DNA from: Legionella sp.
Lineage (GTDB): Bacteria; Pseudomonadota; Gammaproteobacteria; Legionellales; Legionellaceae
DNA: 64,000 nucleotides
Reading direction: 5' to 3'
Assembly: GCF_965140895.1 (NCBI RefSeq)
Contig: NZ_CBCSKT010000163.1
Location: 19,425 to 83,424, forward strand
Under the pieces are notes generated by a model. The model was not told the origin of the DNA. It saw only the letters and a program-made list of their open reading frames with translations, and made no database searches. Numbering within the stretch: the first letter of the stretch is position 1; each line of letters begins with the position of its first letter. Shown piece after piece: positions 1 through 10,204 of this stretch. Both the position numbers and the translations under genes were made by a program.

Positions 1-185
1 GGCCAGGCTTTTAAATCCATGTGCACATCATAGATCTGACTGGAACTGCCTTTAACTCGCCCTTTTAAGAGCCCCTCACTAAAACGAATATTCAGCACAT
101 GGCCATTCTCAAAATATTCTTGCCCACGCAATAATATTTTGGCCTCAAACGCTTCTGGCATTTTTGATAGTGCTTCATTTAACAT
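1..185 (-). CDS. SWIM zinc-finger family protein, N-terminal 61 codons only (gene runs off the window start)
   Basis: Reverse-strand ATG at 185; absent from the ORF track because the window edge truncates it. Translation is MLNEALSKMPEAFEAKILLRGQEYFENGHVLNIRFSEGLLKGRVKGSSSQIYDVHMDLKAW. This resembles the region that precedes the SWIM finger in bacterial SWIM/SNF2-associated proteins. Recognition is by recall only. Confidence 0.4.
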   Translation of the reverse strand, partial: MLNEALSKMPEAFEAKILLRGQEYFENGHVLNIRFSEGLLKGRVKGSSSQIYDVHMDLKAW

Positions 186-315
186 AATATTTGGGATGTT
201 CTAGACAAAAGCGTCTATTTTATGCAATTTTCAATCTAATTAACACTTATATCTTTCATTTAGGTGCACTTTGTAATAATTTACTGCCCATTCCTATCAA
301 AGTGCGCTTAATATC

Positions 316-1929
316 ATGCAAAACACGCTTCGAATTCTTATGGCTCAAATCAATCCCACAGTTGGAGCATTAGCGCTCAATCGGGATAAAATTATTGAAA
401 TCATAAAAAACAAGCAAGATGACCATGATGTCATTGTTTTTCCTGAATTAGCCTTAACAGGCTATCCTCCCGAGGATTTACTTTTTCGGAATGAATTTCA
501 TCTTTCGGTGGTGGAGCATTTAAAACAAATCCAAGCAGCAACCAAAGACTGTTATATCCTTGTTGGTCATCCAAGTATAGATCAAAAAAACTGCTACAAC
601 AGTGTGAGCATTTTGTATCAAGGGCAAATAATTAGGGAATATCACAAACAGAAATTACCTAATTATGAAATTTTTGATGAAGCACGCTATTTCACCGCAG
701 GCGTAAGAAAACCGTGTATTCTACAAATAAAGAATTACCAGATAGGTATTTGCATTTGTGAAGATGCATGGCAACCCGGTCCGATCACGGACTTAATTGA
801 ACACGGTGTCTCGATAATACTCATCCCCAATGCGTCCCCATTTGATGAACACAAATATCAAAAACGCGAAGCATTATTAAAATCCTATGCGAAGCAAGGT
901 GTTGCTATTGCCTACGTAAATCAAATTGGCGGACAAGACGAATTATTATTTGATGGACATTCATTTGCACTGGATCAACAAGGCACTGTCTGCGCCCGCG
1001 CCGCAGCGTTTAAAGAAGATTTATGTACCATTGAATTGCAAGGCAAACAGCTTTCAGGTCCTATAGCGGCCCTGCCAACTAAAGAGGCATTACTCTATGA
1101 AGCATTAGTTTGTGGAACCCATGATTATGTTAATAAAAATCAATTTCCAGGCGTTTTGTTAGGCCTCTCAGGAGGTATTGATTCTGCACTCACCTTAGCC
1201 ATCGCTGTAGATGCTTTAGGAGCAGAACGAGTACATGCAGTTCTTATGCCCTCACGCTATACTGCAGAAATGAGCGTTGAGGATGCCATGCTCGAACTAC
1301 ACGCACTAGCAGTCGCTCATTCTATGTTATCCATTGAACCCGCATTTGAAGCCCTAATGACGACCTTGAAACCTGAGTTTCATGGATGCCCCGCAGATCT
1401 TACTGAGGAAAACATCCAGGCTCGAATTCGCGGTTTATTGTTAATGGCTATGTCAAATAAAACTGGGAAAATGGTCCTGACCACCTCAAATAAAAGTGAG
1501 TCTGCAGTAGGATATGCGACCTTGTATGGTGACATGTGTGGTGGCTTTGGGGTTTTAAAAGACGTGCTCAAAACCCAGGTTTATGCACTAGCTCATTATC
1601 GAAATAACGTATCGAAAGTAATCCCTGAACGGGTGATTACTCGCCCTCCTTCGGCTGAGTTAAGGGATAATCAAACCGACCAAGACAGCTTGCCTGACTA
1701 TGAGATTTTAGATGCGATTATTGTGGCGTACATGGAAAAGAATTTAAGCCCGGCAGCAATCATTCAACAAGGATTCAAACCTGAAGTGGTTACTAAAGTA
1801 ATCCAGATGATTAAACGCAATGAATATAAACGACGCCAGGCAGCTCCTGGAATCAAAGTAAGTGCAATGGCCTTTGGTAAAGATTGGCGTTATCCGATAA
1901 CGAATGGGTTTAAATCTACGTCATCCTGA
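316..1929 (+). CDS. nadE: Glutamine-dependent NAD+ synthase (nitrilase-type amidohydrolase domain plus NAD synthetase domain)
   Basis: 537-aa ORF. The N-terminal half has CN-hydrolase hallmarks (FPELALTGYPPEDL, ICEDAW). The C-terminal half has the SGGIDS PP-loop and the typical NadE tail. Confidence 0.9.
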   Translation: MQNTLRILMAQINPTVGALALNRDKIIEIIKNKQDDHDVIVFPELALTGYPPEDLLFRNEFHLSVVEHLKQIQAATKDCYILVGHPSIDQKNCYNSVSILYQGQIIREYHKQKLPNYEIFDEARYFTAGVRKPCILQIKNYQIGICICEDAWQPGPITDLIEHGVSIILIPNASPFDEHKYQKREALLKSYAKQGVAIAYVNQIGGQDELLFDGHSFALDQQGTVCARAAAFKEDLCTIELQGKQLSGPIAALPTKEALLYEALVCGTHDYVNKNQFPGVLLGLSGGIDSALTLAIAVDALGAERVHAVLMPSRYTAEMSVEDAMLELHALAVAHSMLSIEPAFEALMTTLKPEFHGCPADLTEENIQARIRGLLLMAMSNKTGKMVLTTSNKSESAVGYATLYGDMCGGFGVLKDVLKTQVYALAHYRNNVSKVIPERVITRPPSAELRDNQTDQDSLPDYEILDAIIVAYMEKNLSPAAIIQQGFKPEVVTKVIQMIKRNEYKRRQAAPGIKVSAMAFGKDWRYPITNGFKSTSS

Positions 1930-1997
1930 GGAATACGATGAAGGCTCTCCTGAATGTGGTATTATTCTCAGGAGGCCCTCACTAGTTAGGGATGACC
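1920..1997. repeat. MITE/REP-like element, copy A (7-bp terminal inverted repeat GTCATCC/GGATGAC around an internal palindrome)
   Basis: GTCATCC at 1920-1926 pairs with GGATGAC at 1990-1996. An internal stem CTCCTGA/TCAGGAG lies at about 1944-1976. The element is alignable with 10205-10305. Its left end overlaps the last nadE codons and the stop codon. Confidence 0.5.
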
Positions 1998-2013
1998 TAT
2001 AATCTACATCATA

Positions 2014-3720
2014 TTAAGAATTAAGCGTACGCGATAGCACTTCGGCATTTTCTAAAGCTTCATCCATAATCCTGCGTTCATGCCAAATAGTAGGCAATTT
2101 ACTGATAGCTGTATATCTATCTTTGCTTAAAGGCTGAGGCTTAACCTTCTCCGTCTCTTCCTTAAATGATGCATCAACCTTAGGAGTGTCTTTTACCAAT
2201 TCAAGCGTCTGCTGCACTTGCTCTTCAACATGCAGCTTCAGTCTATTTTCAAGCATGGCCTTAATATTTTGAAAACTATTCTTATCTAACTCATGAATCG
2301 GATTAATGTTTAACAAATAGTTTTTAAACGCTAATTCATCTTCTGCATTAAATGGAGCAGGATGAGTACCAAGCCAACTGGAAAGTTCAGGATAATTTTT
2401 TAATCTAATTTGATTGATATGACCTAAACTATTTGCCCACCAAAGAGCATGCTCTTTGTCCGTATGGTGTAGAATAAAGGTTGAGGTAATATGCATACGC
2501 TGCAAATCGCTGATTCGTTCCTCTGGGTTGATCTTGCATTGAAGTAAACTAAACGCACGTTCATGAGCATTATGTTTTACTTCATCAATGTTTTGTTGCC
2601 CCATTTTTCTACCAATAATACTACCCAACTGTCGATTCATCAGGGAAACAGTTGCCGTATTTAAAGCTTTAGCTGTTTTTACTCCCAATAAATGAAGTTT
2701 TATTGTGTTCTCAATTTCTTTTTTAGCCGCCTCATTAAAGTCATTATCGTGCAACAGTCCAAGACAGCTAGTTAAACATTCATGAAGCAAAGGATAATCT
2801 TTGAGCTCAATAAAATTGAGTGCGCCTAAACTGCTTACCCACCAAAGATTGGCCTTAGGTGGATCGGTGCGTAAAACAAAGGCTGAATTAAGACCTTTAT
2901 TCACCAGATCTATATTATTTTGCTCAGAATTGATCACTAATTGTAAACGTTCAAGCAATTGGGTTTTTGCTTGCTGGCACTCGGTGATTATATGTTCTAG
3001 CTGTTCAGTACTTAATTTGGTTAGATCGGTAATTTTCTTGCGGGATAGAAATAATTTAAGCTCTACGCTTACATCCAATGGATGTATTTTACCGGTGGCA
3101 TCCACTAAAGAAAGCGTCCACTGCTTAGTATCCTTTACCAGGCAAAAAACAACTTTATCCGCTTCTTTTGCAGCTTTATTTTTCGCAGCATCGAGATCTT
3201 GCTCAACAATTGCCGAATCGAATAAGCGTTGTTTAGCTAAACCTGCTTGCACAAGCTCATCACTACGATGTTTTGCTTCCTCTAGTGCTTTCTTATGATC
3301 GGCAATTAAATAATTTAAGCGATTCATAATTGGCTCTTTTAATTTAAGCACAAAGGAAAGTTTTTCCTGCTCCTCTAAAGATTGATATCCATCAATAGCG
3401 CAGGTAAGTTCTAAAAGAAAGTAGAAATTATAAGAGCCATTATTCCATTCGCCTTCGCTTAAAAGCTTTTTAACAGCTTCCCAGCGAAAATAAGAATCAT
3501 TGGTTTCTTTTAAGTCATGAATAAAGCTGTTGATGTCACGGGTACGTGTAAAATAATAAAGCCAATATTTGTATTTTACTTTGGCTTGTTCAGCCAGATC
3601 GACTATTTTCTGACGACCTCCATCGGTCGCATCAGAAATAAGATCAACAATCTGTTCAATAAAACTAGACGGTATCTCCAATAACGGTTTTGCCGTGCCT
3701 TTCTTTTTAGTGTCAGTCAT
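2014..3720 (-). CDS. Hypothetical coiled-coil protein with three internal repeat modules; candidate secreted effector
   Basis: The ORF-track start at 3738 is TTG. The ATG at 3720 (MTDTKKKG) has a GGAG 7 nt upstream, so I prefer it. I recognised no family. Repeated modules have the LWW-SLG-x-INxIxLKxYPxL pattern. The C-terminus is Glu-containing (MDEALENAEVLSRTLNS). Confidence 0.6.
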   Translation of the reverse strand: MTDTKKKGTAKPLLEIPSSFIEQIVDLISDATDGGRQKIVDLAEQAKVKYKYWLYYFTRTRDINSFIHDLKETNDSYFRWEAVKKLLSEGEWNNGSYNFYFLLELTCAIDGYQSLEEQEKLSFVLKLKEPIMNRLNYLIADHKKALEEAKHRSDELVQAGLAKQRLFDSAIVEQDLDAAKNKAAKEADKVVFCLVKDTKQWTLSLVDATGKIHPLDVSVELKLFLSRKKITDLTKLSTEQLEHIITECQQAKTQLLERLQLVINSEQNNIDLVNKGLNSAFVLRTDPPKANLWWVSSLGALNFIELKDYPLLHECLTSCLGLLHDNDFNEAAKKEIENTIKLHLLGVKTAKALNTATVSLMNRQLGSIIGRKMGQQNIDEVKHNAHERAFSLLQCKINPEERISDLQRMHITSTFILHHTDKEHALWWANSLGHINQIRLKNYPELSSWLGTHPAPFNAEDELAFKNYLLNINPIHELDKNSFQNIKAMLENRLKLHVEEQVQQTLELVKDTPKVDASFKEETEKVKPQPLSKDRYTAISKLPTIWHERRIMDEALENAEVLSRTLNS

Positions 3721-4029
3721 TATGAAACTCCATTTCAATCTGTTAAAAATTTATCATTGCACCAATGTTCATTTGAAACAAGTAGACGATTCACACAGAT
3801 AGTATATTTCTCAATAGCACATAACATGAGCGAGCAAAATCAATGTGGCCAATTCATTATAGTAGTGATAAAAATTTTTTGTTTTTACGATGAAATAATA
3901 GGCATAACAGACCTGTGGCAATAACGGAGTATCGTTAAAATATTTGTTAATTTTTTTTGAATTTAAGGACTTGCAAATTTAGGGCAACACGATAACATGA
4001 CTTCACAAAAATAATAATAAAGGGAAGTC

Positions 4030-4668
4030 ATGAGATCTGTACTTTTTTCTGCTGCTTTATTAGCATCAAGCATCGCATCAGCATCTACTGCTGTTGATGG
4101 CTGGTATATGAGTGCTTTTGGAGGCTATAGCTATTTATCATCGAACGTAAATACTAATATTTTAGGTGTACAGCTTTCTAACGTACGCTACCGCGATGGC
4201 TGGAATGCAGGGGGCCGTCTAGGTTATCAATATAATCCCGTTCGTTATGAGTTTGAATATACGTACATCTCTGCCAATCCCGATCGTTTCCGTGTTACGA
4301 ACTTTGATCTAACATCATTTAGTGGCAGAACCTCTGCTAATGTGCTCATGACTAATATCTATTTTGATTTTCCAGAGTTTTTGGAAACAATATCTCCGTT
4401 TATTGGCGGCGGTATTGGTTACTCGTTCTTAAACCTTGATTTAAACGCATCTGGCCCACTTGACGCGATTTCGTTTAGTGCCAAAAAAAATGTGTTTACC
4501 TATCAGGGAACTGTGGGTTTAACATATAACTTCTCAGAAAATTACGCACTCAACGCAGCATATCGCTATATGTCCACCACAAGTATCAATACGTTCGGAA
4601 GATCATTCCAGGCCCAAATGGGTAGTATTGGGGCAATCTATCGATTTGATTCTTGCAGCTATAAATAA
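4030..4668 (+). CDS. Outer-membrane beta-barrel protein (OMP_b-brl / Opa-like family)
   Basis: Signal peptide MRSVLFSAALLASSIASAST, alternating aromatic beta-strand pattern, and a near-terminal YRF motif. Confidence 0.75.
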   Translation: MRSVLFSAALLASSIASASTAVDGWYMSAFGGYSYLSSNVNTNILGVQLSNVRYRDGWNAGGRLGYQYNPVRYEFEYTYISANPDRFRVTNFDLTSFSGRTSANVLMTNIYFDFPEFLETISPFIGGGIGYSFLNLDLNASGPLDAISFSAKKNVFTYQGTVGLTYNFSENYALNAAYRYMSTTSINTFGRSFQAQMGSIGAIYRFDSCSYK

Positions 4669-4676
4669 GATACAAG

Positions 4677-4808
4677 CCTGGTTGCGTGCAACCCTGCACC
4701 AAGGACTCTAACTTAGCCGAGTTTATGGTTCCCGTGTTCAAGCTGCGGGAATTCGCCAGTTCTTGGTAATATGACTAGAAGCCCGTATTAGCGCAGCGTA
4801 ATACGAGC
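4677..4808. repeat. Cluster of three different palindromic extragenic repeat types between convergent genes
   Basis: GGTTGCGTGCAACC at 4680-4693. TTCCCG-N11-CGGGAA at 4729-4751. GCCCGTATTA-N8-TAATACGAGC at 4781-4808. Each type recurs elsewhere in the window. Confidence 0.6.
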
Positions 4809-4814
4809 TTCAGT

Positions 4815-5894
4815 TCATTGCCAACCACAATGAATAGACCTTTTACGTTTAATATGAGGCATGGCCTGAGGCTCCTGCCATAACGTAACAAAGAGTACCA
4901 TAACCACCGGCCCGATAAATAAGCCCAATAAACCTAAAGTCTCAACCCCACCTAAGATACCAAATAACACGGCCAAAAAAGGGAGTTCAATCGCACCACC
5001 AATAAGCACGGGTTTAACAAAATGATCCGCAATAAACATCACTAAGGTTCCCCAAACCAAAACAATGATCGCGCCAACCATACTTCCAGCTGAAAATAAA
5101 ATCATCGCAACAATAACAAAAACAATAGGTACAACAAAAGGAATCATGGCCGCTAAAGCAGTAATAAATCCAGTCAACGTAGGAGCAGGGAAACCTACCA
5201 AGCCATAACAAATACCCATTAATATCCCTACTCCCAGCCCGACAACGATGGTGCCATTAACAGTTGCACTCAATGCCTTAGGTAATCTATCAGCATAGCG
5301 GAACCATCTTTCTCCCAGGCAATATTCCCCTATTTGATAAATCTGAAACAATAATTGATCCCCATCACGATAGAAAAAGAATAATGTTAATAAAGTAAAA
5401 CCAACCTGAATACTACGATGCGCTAAATTCGTTCCTATCTGTTTCACATAATAACTAGTGGGAGCTAATGATAAATGCACATTGGAGAGAAAATCACGAA
5501 TCTTACCTGGTTGGCCAATATTGTCATCCCAATAGGCTACCAATTCATTACCAATGAATGGAAAATTTTTCAAAAACTCTGGAGCAGCACCACCCTGTTG
5601 ATTTATATTTTGTAAAAAATTAATGAAATACTGAACTTCAGTAATCAGGATTCGCACCAACCAGCTTAACGGAAGAAGGAAAAGTAAACCAATTAGAGTT
5701 GTAAAAAGAAAGGCTGCGAGGTTGTCTTTATTACCAAACAGATACCGCCATTTTTTATACAAAGGATAGGTAGCAATAACAATGATTGCCGCCCAAATCA
5801 TCGAGGGGATAAAGCGATGGATAATAAATAAAGTAAGGGCAACAATACCTACCGTTAACCCAATACTAATTAGTTCCTTATGATTCTCATTCAT
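4815..5894 (-). CDS. AI-2E family transporter (PerM/UPF0118)
   Basis: Multi-TM protein with the C-terminal signature FVKPVLIGGAIELPFLAVLFGILGGVETLGLLGLFIGPVV. I chose the ATG at 5894 (MNENHK) because it overlaps the pgpA stop as TGATG. The longer track start at 5933 would overlap pgpA by 40 nt. Confidence 0.85.
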   Translation of the reverse strand: MNENHKELISIGLTVGIVALTLFIIHRFIPSMIWAAIIVIATYPLYKKWRYLFGNKDNLAAFLFTTLIGLLFLLPLSWLVRILITEVQYFINFLQNINQQGGAAPEFLKNFPFIGNELVAYWDDNIGQPGKIRDFLSNVHLSLAPTSYYVKQIGTNLAHRSIQVGFTLLTLFFFYRDGDQLLFQIYQIGEYCLGERWFRYADRLPKALSATVNGTIVVGLGVGILMGICYGLVGFPAPTLTGFITALAAMIPFVVPIVFVIVAMILFSAGSMVGAIIVLVWGTLVMFIADHFVKPVLIGGAIELPFLAVLFGILGGVETLGLLGLFIGPVVMVLFVTLWQEPQAMPHIKRKRSIHCGWQ

Positions 5895-6376
5895 CACGCA
5901 AAACTCCAAGCTAATAGCTGCATTATGAGCCAAGCAGGTAGTGCGGCTAATACATCATCCAACATAATCCCCATTCCACCTTTTACCTTTTCATCAATGT
6001 ATCCTATAGGTTGGGGTTTCCAAATATCAAAAATTCGAAACAGAATAAAACCGCATAGCATCCATTTAAATCCTTGCGGTGCCATAAACATCGTTAATAG
6101 ATAACCAACAACTTCATCCCAAACGATCCCTTTATAATCATGTACGCCTAACTCATTACTTACTTTATCGGAGACCCAAACACCCAAGACAAATGCCAAT
6201 GCGGTTAAAATAAGGTAAACAATTGGATTGCAATGCATCAATAATAAATAGACTGGTACAGCAGCCACGGTCCCCCAAGTTCCTGGTGCCTTAGGCATCA
6301 AACCAGAACCAAAACCAAAAGCGATAAAATAAACAGGGTCTTGCCACACACGATTTGCTAAATTGATTTGCTTCAT
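5894..6376 (-). CDS. pgpA: Phosphatidylglycerophosphatase A
   Basis: Motifs FGFGSGLMPKAPGTWGT and FRIFDIWKPQPIGYIDEKVKGGMGIMLDDVLAA. I prefer the ATG at 6376 (MKQINL) over the GTG at 6388. Confidence 0.85.
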   Translation of the reverse strand: MKQINLANRVWQDPVYFIAFGFGSGLMPKAPGTWGTVAAVPVYLLLMHCNPIVYLILTALAFVLGVWVSDKVSNELGVHDYKGIVWDEVVGYLLTMFMAPQGFKWMLCGFILFRIFDIWKPQPIGYIDEKVKGGMGIMLDDVLAALPAWLIMQLLAWSFA

Positions 6377-6462
6377 TATTATTCTCACTACAGTTGCAAA
6401 CTGTTCACCTGATCATGTACGTCATCCTAACGCAGATTCTTAAATTAACACACGCTACAGAT

Positions 6463-7422
6463 TTAAAAATGCAAATAGCCTTTTGGGACTATTTCATGAT
6501 ACAGATTCTCAGCCGTTTTAATTCTTAACCCAAGCTGTTTTTCAATCACACCAATGGGGTAACAAACCACCCCTGCTTGCTTTAAGGTACTCATCAGTGA
6601 ATCAAATTTCAGCTCAGGCACTGTAAAACATAACTCATAATCATCACCGCCTGTAAGGGCTAAGTCAACTGCTTTATTGCGATAATAATGCTTCACCAGG
6701 GGTTCTATGGGAATGGCATCTAGATTAAGACAAGCACCAACCCCACTGGCCGTACAAATATGATTAAGATCAGCACTAAGCCCATCAGAAATATCTATAG
6801 CTGCCGTAGCATAAAGACGTAAAAATTTGATTAAATCAATGCGTGGTGTTGGGTGCAATAGTTTATGCATTAAGGTGGCCTGATCCGATGAAGGTATGTC
6901 TTGAGCATCAAGAAATTTAACCGCCAAAGCAGCTGCCCCTAAGTTTCCTGATACAAGAATAAGATCACCAGGTTTAGCACCACTACGACGTACTTCCTGA
7001 CGACAAGGCGCTTGACCAAAAACGGTTAACGTAATTGAAAGTGGACCACAGGTAGTGTCTCCACCAATTAAAGCGATATTAAATTGCTTTAACGAATCAC
7101 TTAAGCCACGAGCAAAAGACTCAAGCCAAGAAGGCTCCATTTGAGGTAAGGTCAATGCCAAAGTAGCCCAACAGGGCTGAGCCGCCATGGCAGCCAAATC
7201 ACTAACACTAACCATAACTGAACGATAAGCAATATCGTATGCATCCCAGTCGGGAAGAAAATGTACTTTGGCAACCAAAGTATCCGTGCTAACTAATATA
7301 TTCATGCCCTCGGGAACATGCAAACATGCAGCATCGTCCCCAATACCCAATAAAACATCATCGCGTTTTAGATCTAACGGCTTGAAAAACTTATCTATTA
7401 GAGAAAACTCATCCATTACCAT
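6463..7422 (-). CDS. thiL: Thiamine-monophosphate kinase
   Basis: N-terminus MDEFSLIDKFF, motifs GDDAA and DISDGL, and the conserved nusB-thiL-pgpA order. The start may be the ATG at 7416 instead. Confidence 0.9.
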   Translation of the reverse strand: MVMDEFSLIDKFFKPLDLKRDDVLLGIGDDAACLHVPEGMNILVSTDTLVAKVHFLPDWDAYDIAYRSVMVSVSDLAAMAAQPCWATLALTLPQMEPSWLESFARGLSDSLKQFNIALIGGDTTCGPLSITLTVFGQAPCRQEVRRSGAKPGDLILVSGNLGAAALAVKFLDAQDIPSSDQATLMHKLLHPTPRIDLIKFLRLYATAAIDISDGLSADLNHICTASGVGACLNLDAIPIEPLVKHYYRNKAVDLALTGGDDYELCFTVPELKFDSLMSTLKQAGVVCYPIGVIEKQLGLRIKTAENLYHEIVPKGYLHF

Positions 7423-7858
7423 TATCTAGGCTGATTTCAACTGCACGAACTTGTTGAGCCAGATTATTTAATACCCCATTGACGTAACGATATCCGTCTT
7501 GTGCGCCAAATTCTTTAGTCAATGATATGGCTTCATCTAAAACTACTTTATAAGGAATATCTGGACAGTTAATTAACTCAAAAGCCCCTATGCGTAACAC
7601 TGTCAACTCAATCGGATTTAATTCGCTGATGCCTCTATCCAAAAATGAAACAAAGCTCTCTTCAAGCTGCTGTACATTCTCTGGAATACCGTATAATAAG
7701 CGGCAAAAATAATCAGCATCAACTTTTTCCATATTATTTGCCACTCGGAATTGAGCTTCAATTTCATATAAATCAGCACCAGACATTAACCACTGATAAA
7801 GTGCCTGAAGTGATAATTTCCGGGCTTTACGTTTTCCACTTATAGACTGCTTTTCCAC
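7409..7858 (-). CDS. nusB: Transcription antitermination factor NusB
   Basis: 149 aa; RKARKLSLQALYQW at the N-terminus and YRYVNGVLN near the C-terminus. Confidence 0.9.
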   Translation of the reverse strand: MEKQSISGKRKARKLSLQALYQWLMSGADLYEIEAQFRVANNMEKVDADYFCRLLYGIPENVQQLEESFVSFLDRGISELNPIELTVLRIGAFELINCPDIPYKVVLDEAISLTKEFGAQDGYRYVNGVLNNLAQQVRAVEISLDNGNG

Positions 7859-8078
7859 TATAACCTCATGAATTTTGTTGTAAGTGCCCAGAGCATGGCT
7901 AAAATAAAAAAAACAGCCATCATCGCTTCGCCTAGGCTAGCAAATGACGGCACATTACCTATTCTATGAACACTTATTTTGTGTTTGCTTGAACCTTAAA
8001 AGTTTACTCTTTTAAGCTAGTCCCCATCAAAATCCTTTTTTTACTGTGAGCCTGTTTATATTTTGCAATAAACAAACC

Positions 8079-8531
8079 CTAATCTTTTTTCATTTGATCT
8101 ATCGTCTGTCTGAAATCACTTACATCTTTAAAGCGTTTATACACTGAAGCAAAACGCACATAGGCAACATGATCCAGACTATACAAAGCGTGCATAACTA
8201 ACTCGCCAACGAGTTGTGAGTCAATTTCACGCTCACCTCTACGACGAATTTCTTGAGTAATGGCGATGATCGCTTCTTCTAAAGAATCAACGCTTACCGG
8301 TCTCTTTTCTAGCGCTCGTAACATACCCGAACGCAAATTATCGATACTAAATGCTTCACGTCGACCATCGCGCTTAATAATTAAAGGCATAATCAACTCT
8401 GCAGTTTCAAACGTTGTGAAACGTTCATGGCATTCGAGGCATTCGCGCCTTCTACGTACTTGAGCACCATCAGCCACTAAACGCGAATCGACAACCTTGG
8501 TTTCTTCTGCATGACAAAATGGACAATACAT
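8079..8531 (-). CDS. nrdR: Transcriptional repressor NrdR
   Basis: [17 protein letters not shown] zinc ribbon followed by an ATP-cone region. Confidence 0.95.
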   Translation of the reverse strand: MYCPFCHAEETKVVDSRLVADGAQVRRRRECLECHERFTTFETAELIMPLIIKRDGRREAFSIDNLRSGMLRALEKRPVSVDSLEEAIIAITQEIRRRGEREIDSQLVGELVMHALYSLDHVAYVRFASVYKRFKDVSDFRQTIDQMKKD

Positions 8532-8533
8532 GA

Positions 8534-9787
8534 TTACCTATAAACCGGAAACTCACAACACAAACGCAATACATCTTCTTTAACCCGCGCTATAGTCGCT
8601 TCATTGTTAATATCATCAAGAATATCTGCTACCCAATTTGATAGAAGAGTAATTTCTTTTTCCCTAAATCCTCGGGTTGTAACCGCCGGGGTTCCCAGCC
8701 TTAGACCACTGGTAACAAAGGGTGAACGTGGATCATTAGGTACTGAATTTTTGTTTACTGTAATATTGGCACGGCCTAAAGCAGCATCAGCATCTTTACC
8801 GGTAATGTCCTTATTAGTTAAATCCACTAACAGTAAATGATTATCAGTGCCACCGGAAACAATATTATATCCCCGACTGATTAAAACCGAGCTCATCGTT
8901 TTTGCATTCAGTAAAACTTGCTCTTGATAGGCTTTAAATTCTGGTAATAAGGCTTCCGCAAAGGCGACTGCCTTAGCTGCAATAACATGCATTAACGGTC
9001 CGCCTTGCATGCCTGGAAATACAGCTGAATTTAATTTTTTCTCAACTTCCTCATTTGCACGACATAAAATCAAACCACCACGAGGGCCTCTTAAGGTCTT
9101 ATGAGTCGTTGTAGTAACTACATCAGCATAAGGAATAGGTGAAGGATATAAACCTGCTGCGATCAAGCCAGCAACATGGGCCACATCAGCCATTAAGTAA
9201 GCACCTACTTTATCAGCAATTGCTCGAAAACGTGGCCAATCAAGAACACGTGAATAAGCTGAAAAACCTGCAATGATTAACTTAGGTTTATGCTCTAAAG
9301 CTAAATGTTCTAATTCATCGTAATCAATTAATCCCGTTTGTTCATCCACCCCATAAGGCACAGCCTGATACAATTTTCCAGAAAAATTAACTTTAGAACC
9401 GTGCGTTAAATGACCACCGTGGGATAATGCCATACCTAAAATAACATCACCGGGAGATAATAACGCCATCATCACTTCAGCATTTGCCTGGGAGCCAGAG
9501 TGTGGTTGCACATTGGCATAATCAGCCCCAAACAGCTTTTTCGCACGTTCAATTGCCAAGACTTCGGCCACATCAACGTACTCACAACCGCCATAATAAC
9601 GTTTGCTGGGATAACCTTCGGCATATTTGTTTGTCAGCACCGAACCTTGAGCCTCTAGCACTCGAGGACTCACATAATTTTCCGATGCAATAAGTTCAAT
9701 ATGATCTTCTTGTCGACGCTCTTCCTCGACAATTGCCAGGAAGAGCTCTTTATCAAAATTTTCTATGGTATAGCTTCCATCAAACAT
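8534..9787 (-). CDS. glyA: Serine hydroxymethyltransferase
   Basis: Canonical SHMT sequence including the [17 protein letters not shown] site. The ATG at 9787 ([12 protein letters not shown]) gives 417 aa and removes the overlap with the upstream BON gene. Confidence 0.95.
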   Translation of the reverse strand: MFDGSYTIENFDKELFLAIVEEERRQEDHIELIASENYVSPRVLEAQGSVLTNKYAEGYPSKRYYGGCEYVDVAEVLAIERAKKLFGADYANVQPHSGSQANAEVMMALLSPGDVILGMALSHGGHLTHGSKVNFSGKLYQAVPYGVDEQTGLIDYDELEHLALEHKPKLIIAGFSAYSRVLDWPRFRAIADKVGAYLMADVAHVAGLIAAGLYPSPIPYADVVTTTTHKTLRGPRGGLILCRANEEVEKKLNSAVFPGMQGGPLMHVIAAKAVAFAEALLPEFKAYQEQVLLNAKTMSSVLISRGYNIVSGGTDNHLLLVDLTNKDITGKDADAALGRANITVNKNSVPNDPRSPFVTSGLRLGTPAVTTRGFREKEITLLSNWVADILDDINNEATIARVKEDVLRLCCEFPVYR

Positions 9788-9818
9788 AAGTAAGTTCCTT
9801 AGCCTGGAAATAATTACA

Positions 9819-10130
9819 TCAAGGTTTAACAACGATATCGTTAATAACGCTGCTCACACCATCTACACCTGCAGCAATAGCGCCAACTCTTTGTTTTAAG
9901 CGCTCGGTAGGCACGAAACCACTTAATTGTACCTGATCTTTAAAAGTTTTAACTTGTATTGAAAGTCCAGTCGCTCCTAAATCATTCACTAAGGTGGCTT
10001 TTACTTTAGTGGTTGTCGTGGAGCTATCTAGAAACTCCCCTGTGCTTTCGCTACCGGGCGAAGCAACACATGCAGCCAAAATTAAAGATAAAAACCCCAG
10101 ATGGAGGATTTTAAATAGGTTACGCATCAC
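9819..10130 (-). CDS. BON-domain lipoprotein (OsmY-like, single domain)
   Basis: Lipobox LILAAC. BON-like segment [59 protein letters not shown]. Confidence 0.7.
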   Translation of the reverse strand: MMRNLFKILHLGFLSLILAACVASPGSESTGEFLDSSTTTTKVKATLVNDLGATGLSIQVKTFKDQVQLSGFVPTERLKQRVGAIAAGVDGVSSVINDIVVKP

Positions 10131-10204
10131 TGCAATCCCTCAAATAAAAAAAACGCAGCTAAGACTACCACAAAATTTAATCGGATACGAATGCCATCCA
10201 GCAC

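Noticed and set aside
2801-3298. 165-aa plus-strand ORF inside the 2014-3720 gene
   Set aside because: It is antisense to a longer ORF with a good RBS. Its Ser/Cys/Leu-rich composition is typical of the reverse frame of a Glu/Lys-rich coiled-coil gene, and it has no RBS.
9788-9832. N-terminal extensions suggested by the ORF track for glyA. The same applies to valS 16092-16130, tolC 31671-31751, the ATPase 38879-38926, the pcm-like gene 30882-30920 and hutI 23125-23136
   Set aside because: Internal ATG starts give canonical N-termini, remove overlaps with upstream genes or have better RBSs. Several of the track starts are TTG or GTG.
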